Notes under the pieces: generated by a model
What the model was told of the DNA's origin: nothing
The model's database searches: none
Seen by the model: only the letters and a program-made list of their open reading frames with translations
IMG/VR virus record: IMGVR_UViG_3300048576_000531
Span: 1 to 24,522 of that record
DNA from: a virus
Taxonomy: Duplodnaviria; Caudoviricetes
Length of the DNA: 24,522 nt
Direction: 5' to 3' (one strand)
Shown: positions 7,499 through 16,500 of the stretch, in pieces
Numbering within the stretch: position 1 is the stretch's first letter
Layout: every line of letters begins with the position of its first letter
Translations under genes and position numbers: made by a program

Positions 7499-8425
7499 AT
7501 GGCTAAGACACCTTTCCCATTGATACCGGAACTTATGGCGATTGCTATTGCCTTTGTTAATAACAAATTAATTGCCGATATGGTCCTACCCAGAATACCG
7601 GTGGGGAAACTACAATTCCAGTATCTTGAACATAAGATGGAAGAAGGATTTACTTTGCCCGAAACAAAGGTTGGCAGAAAAGGAATACCCAATCAAGTCG
7701 AATTTAACGCAACGCTTAAAACGGGGTCAGTTGAGGACTTTGCCCTTGATGATATTGTCCCAAACGATGATGTGGATAACGCGCCAAAAGGATACGACCC
7801 ATTGGGCAGAGCAGTTGAAGGATTAACTAATTTGATTCTCTTAAAAAGAGAAGTCCGGACTGCTTCGCTTGTTTTCAATCCTAATTCTTATCCGTCAACC
7901 AATAAAGTTGCGCTATCGGGAACCAGCCAGTTCAGCGACTATACAAACAGCGACCCTATTAAAACAATAACAGACGCTCTTGACGCGATGATAATGCGCG
8001 CCAATAAAATGGTTATCGGCCGCTCCGCTTATTCTGTTCTTGCGCGTCATCCAAAGATAATGAAAGCGGTCAACAAGAACGCGGGCGATACGGGTATTGC
8101 CAATCGTAAAGATATTGCCGACTTATTCGAACTTGATGATATTCTGGTAGGTGAAGGATGGGTTAATACGGCAAAAAAAGGCGAGCCTGTTTCTTTACAA
8201 AGAGTGTGGGGAAAAAATATTTCGCTAATCTATCAGGATATGACCGCGACAACGACACAGGGAGTGACTTTTGGAGTGACAGCCCAATATGGCACAAGAA
8301 TCGCGGGTTCCATGCCACAGCCAAAGGTAGGCGCGCGGGGAGCGCAACTTGTTCGTAGCGGCGAAAGCGTTTCAGAGCTTATTCTTGCGGGAGCGGCAGG
8401 ATATTATATTCAAAGCGTTTGTTAA
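7499..8425 (+). CDS. Major capsid protein
   Basis: 308 aa with LIADMVLPRIPV, LILLKREVRTA, FSDYTNSDPI and VWGKNISL..FGVTAQYG, typical of lambda E-like HK97-fold capsids. AAGGA SD. Position after scaffold and cement genes. Confidence 0.88.
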   Translation: MAKTPFPLIPELMAIAIAFVNNKLIADMVLPRIPVGKLQFQYLEHKMEEGFTLPETKVGRKGIPNQVEFNATLKTGSVEDFALDDIVPNDDVDNAPKGYDPLGRAVEGLTNLILLKREVRTASLVFNPNSYPSTNKVALSGTSQFSDYTNSDPIKTITDALDAMIMRANKMVIGRSAYSVLARHPKIMKAVNKNAGDTGIANRKDIADLFELDDILVGEGWVNTAKKGEPVSLQRVWGKNISLIYQDMTATTTQGVTFGVTAQYGTRIAGSMPQPKVGARGAQLVRSGESVSELILAGAAGYYIQSVC

Positions 8426-8504
8426 TGGGATTAAAAAAGCGCATTAGCGCGTATTACAAACCACCACCAGCTCAATAGAGTAGTTCAGCTGCTCATGTCA
8501 CCTT

Positions 8505-8530
8505 CCGGGCGGCCTTGCCCAGCCGCCCGG
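8505..8530 (+). other. Perfect 9-bp all-GC hairpin after the capsid gene
   Basis: CCGGGCGGC (8505-8513), loop CTTGCCCA, GCCGCCCGG (8522-8530). No U-tract, so it is more likely a stability or pause element than a canonical terminator. Confidence 0.6.
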
Positions 8531-8551
8531 TAAATATAAACGGAGGATTAA

Positions 8552-8725
8552 ATGGCAAAGGCAAAAAAAAATGACACTATGCTGCAATATACGGTTACCG
8601 GAAGAATTGAACACAACGGGAATACCTATAAACCCGGCGATTTAATAGAACTCTCTGAAACCGAAGCGGTTTATCTTGAGGGCTTTTTGGGCGAAGGAAA
8701 ACCGGTTGAAGTTAAATCTGAATAA
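8552..8725 (+). CDS. Small head-associated protein (57 aa, absent from ORF track)
   Basis: GGAGG SD at 8542-8546. Translates MAKAKKNDTMLQYTVTGRIEHNGNTYKPGDLIELSETEAVYL..., an HNG..Y.PGD.IEL pattern common in small genes after capsid genes. Stop lies 2 nt before the next ATG. Confidence 0.8.
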   Translation: MAKAKKNDTMLQYTVTGRIEHNGNTYKPGDLIELSETEAVYLEGFLGEGKPVEVKSE

Positions 8726-8727
8726 CA

Positions 8728-9189
8728 ATGTATTGTTCTATTGATGACATATTGAATGACTTCGACAAGACTACAATAGTCCAATTGGTAAACGATGAGA
8801 ACAGAGTCGATGATTCTATTGACTTATTGAACCCGGCGGACAATTGTACAATGCGTATTCTTGAGCAAATAAAAGCGGCAGATGATGAAATTGACGGGTA
8901 TTTAAGAAGCCGCTATAATTTACCCTTAACAACAACTCCGGCGCGCATTAAGCAAATTAGTAAAGATTTAAGCATCTACAACATCTATAAACGCAGACAC
9001 AGAGCCGATATGCCTGATAGTTTAATAAGCCTCTATAAGAGTACAATCGGAGAACTCGAACAAATAAGGAAAGGATATATAAGTCTTGAAATTACTGATA
9101 CGCCCGGAATTGTTGAAGCGGCAGATATACTAACCAATAAAAAAGCAAATGATAAAATTTTTACACGCGATTATTTAAACTCATTTTAA
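8728..9189 (+). CDS. Head-tail adaptor (Mu gp36 / DUF1320 family)
   Basis: MYCSIDDI start, ADDEIDGYLRSRYNLPL, DLSIYNIYKRR, LEQIRKGYISL. Confidence 0.88.
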   Translation: MYCSIDDILNDFDKTTIVQLVNDENRVDDSIDLLNPADNCTMRILEQIKAADDEIDGYLRSRYNLPLTTTPARIKQISKDLSIYNIYKRRHRADMPDSLISLYKSTIGELEQIRKGYISLEITDTPGIVEAADILTNKKANDKIFTRDYLNSF

Positions 9190-9190
9190 T

Positions 9191-9637
9191 ATGACAATAA
9201 AAGAAGTAAAAGACCTGATTAAAGCAAAACTTGAAGCGGATATTGCCCTGCTTCCGGATGCGGAGCGGATTCCGGTTGAATATCCGAGAAGTGTAGACGG
9301 ATATAAGCTTAACCATCCCCGCGCATCTTATCTTCTTGTGTACAGAGGAGCCAAATTATCTGAAAATAATGCGCCCAATGTTCTTGTGCAGGACAGGGAT
9401 ATTGAAATAAGCGTAATTGCCGTAGTAAGAAGTCTTGCCAACGGAAAAACTGCAGAAGAACATTTGGATTTTATTGCCGATTCGATTGCCGGCCTTGAAG
9501 TTGAAACTATGCGCCCGGACGGCAGAATACAAATAACAAGCGAGGAGTGGATAAAAGAAGAAGATGGAATATGGTGGTATGCGATAACATTTAAAATACC
9601 CTTGGAATTTGTTCAAGTTGAATACAGGAATGCGTAA
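9191..9637 (+). CDS. Tail terminator/completion protein (Mu gp37-like)
   Basis: 148 aa with YKLNHPRASYLLVYRG and EEWIKEEDGIWWYAITF. Follows the gp36-like gene. Confidence 0.75.
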   Translation: MTIKEVKDLIKAKLEADIALLPDAERIPVEYPRSVDGYKLNHPRASYLLVYRGAKLSENNAPNVLVQDRDIEISVIAVVRSLANGKTAEEHLDFIADSIAGLEVETMRPDGRIQITSEEWIKEEDGIWWYAITFKIPLEFVQVEYRNA

Positions 9638-10212
9638 TGACGAATTTTGATTTTGCTTATATATCCACTATGCAATATGAGGGGGGATATGTTAATGATC
9701 CCGCAGATCGCGGCGGCGAAACTTATAACGGTATTTCAAGGCGGGCGCATCCAGATTGGAAAGGATGGGCTGTAATTGATGTACATAAAAGACAAAGGAA
9801 CTTTCCAGAGAATTTAGAAAATAACAGCGCCTTAAATAGTCTGGTAAAGGGATTATATAAAACAGGTTATTATGATGTATTTAACGGGGATTTGTGGCCA
9901 ATTCAATTAAGCGCGGTTTTATTTAATATTGCCGTTAACTGTGGGGTCAATACAGCGATAGAGTATTTACAAAGAACGCTCAATCTTCTCAATGACAACC
10001 AAAAGCGCTATTCGGATGTTGTTGTTGACCGTATCTACGGAAGCACAACAGGCGTAATGCTAAGCGCCTGTTTGAAAGCAAGGCCCTGCGATTTGATATG
10101 TACGGTATTAAGGTCGTATCAGGCTAAGCGTTACATCGAAATCATGGAAAGCCGGCCTACACAGGAGAAATATATTGGCTGGTTTAATCGTTTATCATTC
10201 ACCAATAAATAG
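9637..10212 (+). CDS. Endolysin, glycoside hydrolase family 108 with C-terminal peptidoglycan-binding domain
   Basis: EGGYVNDPADRGGETYNGI signature, LFNIAVNCG, LQRTLN, C-terminal GWFNR. Confidence 0.92.
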   Translation: MTNFDFAYISTMQYEGGYVNDPADRGGETYNGISRRAHPDWKGWAVIDVHKRQRNFPENLENNSALNSLVKGLYKTGYYDVFNGDLWPIQLSAVLFNIAVNCGVNTAIEYLQRTLNLLNDNQKRYSDVVVDRIYGSTTGVMLSACLKARPCDLICTVLRSYQAKRYIEIMESRPTQEKYIGWFNRLSFTNK

Positions 10213-10222
10213 AGGAAGTACT

Positions 10223-10603
10223 ATGGACTACTTAAAACCAATTGCCTATTTGAGTGCGATAGTAATTGCATTCCTGTTCGTTTTTATCTTTCCCGGTTCG
10301 GGAATTGAAAACATTATTATCCCGATTATCGGTTCGCTGGCCGGCGGGATAGGACTTACAAACTGGCGTAACAATTACGGCCAGATAAAAGACTGGTTCA
10401 AGAGTAAAACAATATGGGGCGCGTTATTCTCGGCTGTGCCGGTTATAGCATCTGTCGTTGTAGGGGCGCTTAATATTGCTCTTCCGGGCTGGGTAACTAC
10501 TCTGCTTGCATCATTAATAACAATTGGCGGCGGCGCTTCTCTCATTGGCATTATCAGCGCGGTTAATGTTAATAATCAGGTTGTCAATAAAACCGGCTCT
10601 TAG
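10223..10603 (+). CDS. Probable holin (multi-pass membrane protein)
   Basis: GAGGA SD before ATG 10223. About four hydrophobic segments and a WFKSKTIWG motif typical of holins. Adjacent to the endolysin. Confidence 0.7.
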   Translation: MDYLKPIAYLSAIVIAFLFVFIFPGSGIENIIIPIIGSLAGGIGLTNWRNNYGQIKDWFKSKTIWGALFSAVPVIASVVVGALNIALPGWVTTLLASLITIGGGASLIGIISAVNVNNQVVNKTGS

Positions 10604-10634
10604 TTTTACTATACGTTCACAAAATGGAGAAAAT

Positions 10635-11414
10635 CTGAGTAATCTTGAAATAAACGCGGCGGGGAGTCTTGAAATAAATAAAATCCATTTGGGGGATTGT
10701 TTAGACTTAATGGAAAAAATAAACGACAGGTCTATTGATTTAATAAACTGCGACCTGCCGTACGGAATTACTGATTGTCCCTGGGATATAGTAATTCCTT
10801 TTGACGCTCTTTGGAAACAATATAATCGGATAATTAAGGATAATGGAGCTATTGTGTTAACGGCCAATCAACCGTTTACAACAGACCTAATCAACAGCAA
10901 CCGGAAGATGTTCCGCTATGAATTAATCTGGGAAAAAACAAAAGCGACCGGTTTCCTTAATTCGAAGAAAATGCCTAACAAAGCGCATGAAAACATTCTT
11001 GTGTTTTATAAGAAACTACCTGTTTATAATCCGCAGAAATATCAAGTTGATAAAAGGTTTATTCACAGGAAGCGTTTCATTCGCAAAAGCGCGAAGTCAA
11101 ATGTCTACCGCATCGGGAAAAACGAAAGCATTTATGTCGATACGGGAGACAGATACCCTATATCTGTGCTCCCCTTCCCGTCTGCAGGCGATAATTTGCA
11201 CCCAACGCAAAAGCCCGAATTGCTATACGAATACTTAATTAAAATGTACAGCAATCCAGGAGATTTAGTATTAGATAACTGCGCAGGATGCGGAACTACA
11301 GGAGTGGCCTGCGTTTATACCGGTAGAGATTTCATTCTTATTGAAAAGGAAGAAAAGTATTGCCGAATTGCGCAGGAAAGAATTAATGACGCAATTATTC
11401 AACTAAAAAGTTAA
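10635..11414 (+). CDS. Orphan DNA methyltransferase, N4C/N6A (beta-class motif order)
   Basis: IHLGDCL, catalytic DLPY (DPPY variant), HENILVF, HPTQKP and SAM-binding VLDNCAGCGTT at the C-terminus. The start is uncertain: in-frame CTG 10635 follows GGAG (10626-10629), while the track start at 10524 overlaps the holin. Confidence 0.88.
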   Translation: MSNLEINAAGSLEINKIHLGDCLDLMEKINDRSIDLINCDLPYGITDCPWDIVIPFDALWKQYNRIIKDNGAIVLTANQPFTTDLINSNRKMFRYELIWEKTKATGFLNSKKMPNKAHENILVFYKKLPVYNPQKYQVDKRFIHRKRFIRKSAKSNVYRIGKNESIYVDTGDRYPISVLPFPSAGDNLHPTQKPELLYEYLIKMYSNPGDLVLDNCAGCGTTGVACVYTGRDFILIEKEEKYCRIAQERINDAIIQLKS

Positions 11415-11418
11415 TGGT

Positions 11419-11844
11419 ATGAAAAGGAAAAAAGCTTTCAAAATAGCAGCTATAATTACATTGGCGATAATGTTCTTATTATTTGCCGGATGTAATAATA
11501 AATGCGCTCAGCAATTGCAAACTGAAAAGGAATACGTTTATCTCTATGCTCCTATTGCCGATTCTCTTCAAGGATATGGAGATACTGTAGTACGGTTTCA
11601 GAAAGTAATAGAACGCGATACTGTTTTGAAAGTCGAATATTACCCGGATACAAAAACTATCCGGATAAGAGCTCCGACTGATACAATACGCATCCATCAG
11701 CCTGCTGATACGGTAGAGCGTCAAATACTTGTTAAACCGCCCCTAACCGAAAAGCTTGGCTTAGTATTCATCGGCGTAATTATCACAGGCGTGTTTGCGG
11801 CGTTTGGTTATTTCATTTATAAAAAGAAAACAGGAGAAAGTTAG
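11419..11844 (+). CDS. Lipoprotein with C-terminal TM helix, candidate unimolecular spanin
   Basis: Basic N-terminus, hydrophobic core, lipobox FAGC (Cys25), beta-rich middle, C-terminal TM LGLVFIGVIITGVFAAFGYFIY then KKK. Located at the end of the lysis cassette. Confidence 0.7.
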   Translation: MKRKKAFKIAAIITLAIMFLLFAGCNNKCAQQLQTEKEYVYLYAPIADSLQGYGDTVVRFQKVIERDTVLKVEYYPDTKTIRIRAPTDTIRIHQPADTVERQILVKPPLTEKLGLVFIGVIITGVFAAFGYFIYKKKTGES

Positions 11845-11845
11845 A

Positions 11846-12793
11846 ATGTCAGCACAGGTTAAAGCAGGTATTAAGGAAATGTTAATGGCGGCCGGCGGCG
11901 CGGAATTTCCAGCGGCGTCAGGATTTACCTCAAATCCGCCGACAATATTCGGTCTGGGCTATCGTGATAAAGGAAGTGTGGAAATTACCCATTTTAACCC
12001 TGATACCGATAAAGATGGAAGAGAGTTCCCAGCCATGCTTAATTTCAAAGCCGAATACGGCTCTAAGCAAATGGACCCGGCGGCAATGAAATTTTTTTTC
12101 CAATGCGCGCTTACAAGCAGCATAGCCGCTAAAGTCATAACCGGAAAGCCAGTAAAAAATGAGAATTCAATTGTATCGGCTGACGGCGGCATATTCTCTT
12201 TTGATTCTTCTAACAGCCTTGGTTACTCATTTGAACTGGACTTAACGCCGAAAAGTCGGATTATCAAGCATACTTTAGAGAGAGCTTTTAAATATTCAAA
12301 TCCTCTGCCGGGCGTATTTAAGGACGCCGTCTCCGCTACCGCTCCTTACGCGGCTAATGTGATACCCTTTTTCAGGAAATCCGCCGTGCCTGCCGGTTTC
12401 ATCAACCCCTCATTCTGCAATATTGAAGATGAAAATCTTGCGGATTTTAAAATAAATATTAAATGCGAGGGCACAAAAAACTTATTCAACAAGCAGGAGA
12501 ACAACTCTTTTGTTGTGGAATTAACAGCGTCAAGAAGTAAACCTTCCGCGGCGGAATTATGCGAATATCTGTTGCACTCTTTCAAAGGGAGCATATCGCT
12601 TAGAATACCTCTCGGAACAACGGCGGATACTGACGATCTGTTAATTAACTTTGCGGCCGATGGACTCACCCAGACTGGCAAAGGAACAATTGATGATGAT
12701 AAACGCCAGGCCGATTTAATACTTAAAGGGAAGTATGACATGGATTATGCTTCCGTGGACGAATCTGGCATCAATTTAAACACTTATTTATAA
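11846..12793 (+). CDS. Probable major tail tube protein
   Basis: AGGAG SD at 11832-11836 before ATG 11846. Beta-rich 315 aa. Directly precedes the frameshifted chaperone and tape measure genes. The call rests on synteny. Confidence 0.6.
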   Translation: MSAQVKAGIKEMLMAAGGAEFPAASGFTSNPPTIFGLGYRDKGSVEITHFNPDTDKDGREFPAMLNFKAEYGSKQMDPAAMKFFFQCALTSSIAAKVITGKPVKNENSIVSADGGIFSFDSSNSLGYSFELDLTPKSRIIKHTLERAFKYSNPLPGVFKDAVSATAPYAANVIPFFRKSAVPAGFINPSFCNIEDENLADFKINIKCEGTKNLFNKQENNSFVVELTASRSKPSAAELCEYLLHSFKGSISLRIPLGTTADTDDLLINFAADGLTQTGKGTIDDDKRQADLILKGKYDMDYASVDESGINLNTYL

Positions 12794-12813
12794 TCCAAAC
12801 CTCACTCATGCCG

Positions 12814-12872
12814 CCGGGTTCGTTAGCAGCTGTTTCGACAGCGTTCTCCGTGCTAATTAACCCGGTTTTTTT
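12814..12872 (+). terminator. Extended hairpin with U-tract (intrinsic terminator/attenuator)
   Basis: CCGGGTT/AACCCGG outer stem, TTAGCA/TGCTAA middle stem, GCTGT-TTCG-ACAGC apical stem, then T7 at 12866-12872. Confidence 0.7.
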
Positions 12873-12887
12873 AAAGGAAATAATAAC

Positions 12888-13316
12888 ATGGAAACTTACA
12901 TAATAAACGAAAAAAAATTCGTTCTGGAAGAACTAACAGTTGGCGAATTTGAGAACATCATATCGCTGTTAGGCCTTCTTGACGTTAATGTACCGTCCAA
13001 TTTACAAGCCTTATCAGATGAAGCAGTTTCAAGAGAATCATTGAAAAAGCTGAAGAACACGCTATCAATTGGCGATTTGATTAATAATCTTTTTAAAATG
13101 TTAGGTTCGGTTGGTTCCAACGGAATACTCAGCAATTTACTTTCAATTATCCTTACAGAAGCCAATACGCAGAAAAAGGAAAAACCGGAGTTTTTTGTAA
13201 AAACCAAAAGAACAGTTGCAATGAAGGCGCTTAAAGATTTTTTATCTGGAGAGGGGAAACAGCTCGTTACTGGGATAATAGAATTGATGCCGTTGAACAA
13301 ACCGAAAGAGAAATAA
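12888..13316 (+). CDS. Tail assembly chaperone (lambda gpG analogue)
   Basis: 142 aa between tail tube and tape measure. AAGGA SD. Contains slippery heptamer T TTT TTA at 13238-13244. Confidence 0.8.
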   Translation: METYIINEKKFVLEELTVGEFENIISLLGLLDVNVPSNLQALSDEAVSRESLKKLKNTLSIGDLINNLFKMLGSVGSNGILSNLLSIILTEANTQKKEKPEFFVKTKRTVAMKALKDFLSGEGKQLVTGIIELMPLNKPKEK

Positions 13317-13543
13317 CAGAAGAAGCGGCAAACCTGAGCAAAATATGCCCCGATTATTATATCCCAACGGTTTCATTCACGAAGCTTGAAATAATAATTC
13401 GAACCCTCGCCGTTGGCGATATTACGAAAATTGAAACAATAAGAAGACAAAAATTAAAAGATGCTTATAAGTATTACTATTTAACGAAGGTCGAACACAT
13501 TAATAAAATAATTGAAGATATTGCGGCATTGAAAGGCGATTAA
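13238..13543 (+). CDS. -1 frameshift extension of tail chaperone (gpGT analogue; absent from ORF track)
   Basis: The -1 frame is open for 101 codons from the slippery site (FFIWRGETARYWDNR...TLAVGDITKIETIRR...ALKGD*), has no ATG, has a stop at 13232 just upstream, and ends in TAATG overlapping the tape measure start. Confidence 0.85.
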   Translation, partial: FFIWRGETARYWDNRIDAVEQTEREITEEAANLSKICPDYYIPTVSFTKLEIIIRTLAVGDITKIETIRRQKLKDAYKYYYLTKVEHINKIIEDIAALKGD

Positions 13544-16500
13544 TGAACGATGAAGTCAAATTAAAAGTAAGCGTTGACGGACGCGCAGGCGAGATAGCTC
13601 TTGAACAGATATTTAACAAGTTCAATCGACTGTTTGAAATAGCCGGCCGGGCAAAGGAAAGCATAGAGACCTCGCTATCCAACATGGGAAATGTTGTCTC
13701 CGGGTTAAATCAAGGAATAGAATTAGCCGAAAAAATAATCGCCGTCCTTTCAAAGCCCGTTTCTCTTGCCATTGATTTTGAGCAAGCCCAGGTCAGTTTT
13801 GAAGTCCTTTTAGGCTCAGCATCCGCGGCTAAGGATAAAATAGCGGAATTAAAGGAAGATTCCGCCAAAACGCCATATCAATTTGCCGATTTACAGCAGG
13901 CAACAAAAGTTATGCTAAATTTTGGTATAACCGCCGGCCAGGTGCGTCCATTGCTGATGATGTTGGGAGATATTGCGGGAGGAGATTCGCAAAAACTTTC
14001 CAGCCTTGCCCTGGTAATGGGGCAGGTGTCCAGCGCGGGGAAATTGCAAGGACAGGATTTATTACAGCTAATCAATGCCGGATTTAATCCCCTTCAGGAA
14101 ATAAGCCGGACGACAAATAAAAGCATGGGGGAATTACGCCGCGAAATGGAAGCTGGTAAAATTTCCTACGACATGGTGACTGGAGCTTTCAAGAGCGCAA
14201 CCGGCGAAGGAGGGCGTTTCCACAACATGATGGAAAAGCAATCGCATACGCTCGGCGGCTTAATAAGCACGGTTAAAGATTACATTGACCAGGGACTTGT
14301 GAAGCTTGCAAATTCCGGTTTGTTTGATGTAATAAAACAGCAAATTGAAGCCATTTCCAAATATTACACCGAAAACGAAAAAACAATTGATGAATTCCTG
14401 AATATTTTTGGAACCGCAATCGGCCTGACAGCGCAATTAATCGTTGAAAACGTTAAGAACATAATGGCCGTATTTTCTTCTGTTTGGGAATACAAGGATA
14501 TAATACTTGGCATAGCTTCAGCCGTAGCGATACTTACGGCCGCAATAAATACAGATGTAATTGCTCTTAAACTTATGTATGCGTGGGACGCGTTAGTTGC
14601 CGCCGGAAAGACCGTAATGACAGTCGTAACAAACGGTTTAACAATTGCGCAGGCCGCTCTTAATGTAGTCATGAACATGTCTCCTATTGGGTGGATACTT
14701 ACTACAATCGGCTTGGTGGTGACAGTCTTGACCGTTGTCATCGGCCGTACTATCGGCTGGGGAAAAGCTTTTGAATATTTGAAAGCCGGCTTATTGATAG
14801 CATGGGATTACATGAAAGGCTTCGGTAATTTTGTGATTCAATTTGCGACCGGACTAACCCAATTGCTCACTCTCCCTTATCAGGTAATGTACAGAACAGC
14901 AGTGGAAATGTTCAGCAAAATCGGCTCGATGATGAAAAAGCTTGTGACGGGTGATTTTTCCGGCTTGTGGGAAGATATTAAATCGGGCTTTGTAACCGGT
15001 TTTAATGATACTGTTAAAAGTACCATAAACAGTTTTCAAAGCGCGTTTAATTCGTTTGACGGTTTGGGAGATAAGGCAAAACAACGCTGGGCCGACGCCG
15101 GTAAAGAAGAACAGAAAAAATCAGAAACAAAAAGTAATGCCAATGCGCAAAAACAGGACTCAACGAATAACAATAAAGATTCCGGCCCCTGGAAAGAGGA
15201 TAAAGCGGCTATTGACAAACTGGAGGCTGAGAAAAAACAAAAAGAAGCTCAGGCAAAAGACTCAATAGAAAACGAACTGGAACTTCAACAGAAACTACTT
15301 GATATAGACCGCCAGTATGATTTGCTTAAAGTGAAATATGAAAAAGAGCATGAAAACGAACGAACTTCCGCGCGCGCAAAAATAAACGCTGATTATGATG
15401 CCAAGCAGGCGGAGCTAAACAAAAAAAAGAGGGAAGCCCTTCAAAAAGAGCGCAAAGAGGAACTTGACGCGGCCTGGGAGCTCAGAAGCAAAGAACTGCA
15501 GTACTTTGAAGCTACTGACCTTGAAATGCTTGAAACTAAAAAAGCGTATCTGGAAACAGTACGCGGCTTATATAAACAAGGAACAAAAGAGTACCTGGCA
15601 GCTCAGCGTGAAATTAGCAATATAGATTTTGATATTCTGATTGAAAATCAACGTCAGAGAAAAACACAACAGACAAACAGCCGTGAAATCAACACCAACA
15701 GTAAACGTCTTAAACTAACAAAATCAGGTAATGAGCAGGAACTTGAAAAGTTTGACTCAAAAGTCGAATATGATAAAGAAATTGAAGAATTGCAAAAAAA
15801 ATACGATAAAGATGAAATTACTTCAGAGGACTATTTCAAAGGCCGGGAAAATGCTGAAACAGCTCATCAGCAAAGACTTCTTGAAATAAAAACGAAATAT
15901 TATGACAATTGGCTTGGACGCCTCGCGAATCTAAGCCGCGCGGAGCTTGACGCGGCCAAACAAATTATAGATAATATAGGAGATGTATTTGGCAAGATAG
16001 GCAATATAGTCGGACAGAACGCCAAGGATGAGGCTGATAGTACAAAAGCATCGCAGAAAGATAAAATTGAGGCTGACAGGGAAAAAGCTTTATCATACGC
16101 GCGTACTCAACAGCAGAAGGATAAAATCAATAAAGAGTACGACGCGAAAGAAAAGAAAATGGAAGATGAAGCGGATAAGCGCGCTCGCGATAAAGCCGCA
16201 GATTGGTTTGCTATTCAAAAAGCGGCAAGCATTACAAGCGCGATTATCAGCACTTACGAGGGCGCGAATAAAACCATAGCTCAGGGGGGATTCTGGGGCA
16301 TAGCTTTATCAATTGCCACAATAGCCGCCGGACTCGCTAATGTAGCGGTTATTGCCGCACAACCTTTACCTAAGTACTCCAAGGGAATTATTGGTATAAA
16401 TGGGCCGGGAACTGAAACATCCGACTCCATCCCCGCATGGCTTTCAAAAAATGAAAGTATAATTAACGCGGATTCTACCAGAGCGGCCTCGCCTGTCCTG

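Noticed and set aside
8505-8530. Intrinsic terminator call for the GC hairpin
   Set aside because: There is no U-tract on either strand, so it is kept only as a structural element.
10524-10634. N-terminal extension of the methyltransferase in the ORF track, resembling a signal peptide
   Set aside because: It overlaps the holin coding sequence in another frame, and an SD-supported start lies downstream.
11795-11845. Track start of the tail tube ORF
   Set aside because: It overlaps the spanin candidate, while ATG 11846 has a clear AGGAG SD.
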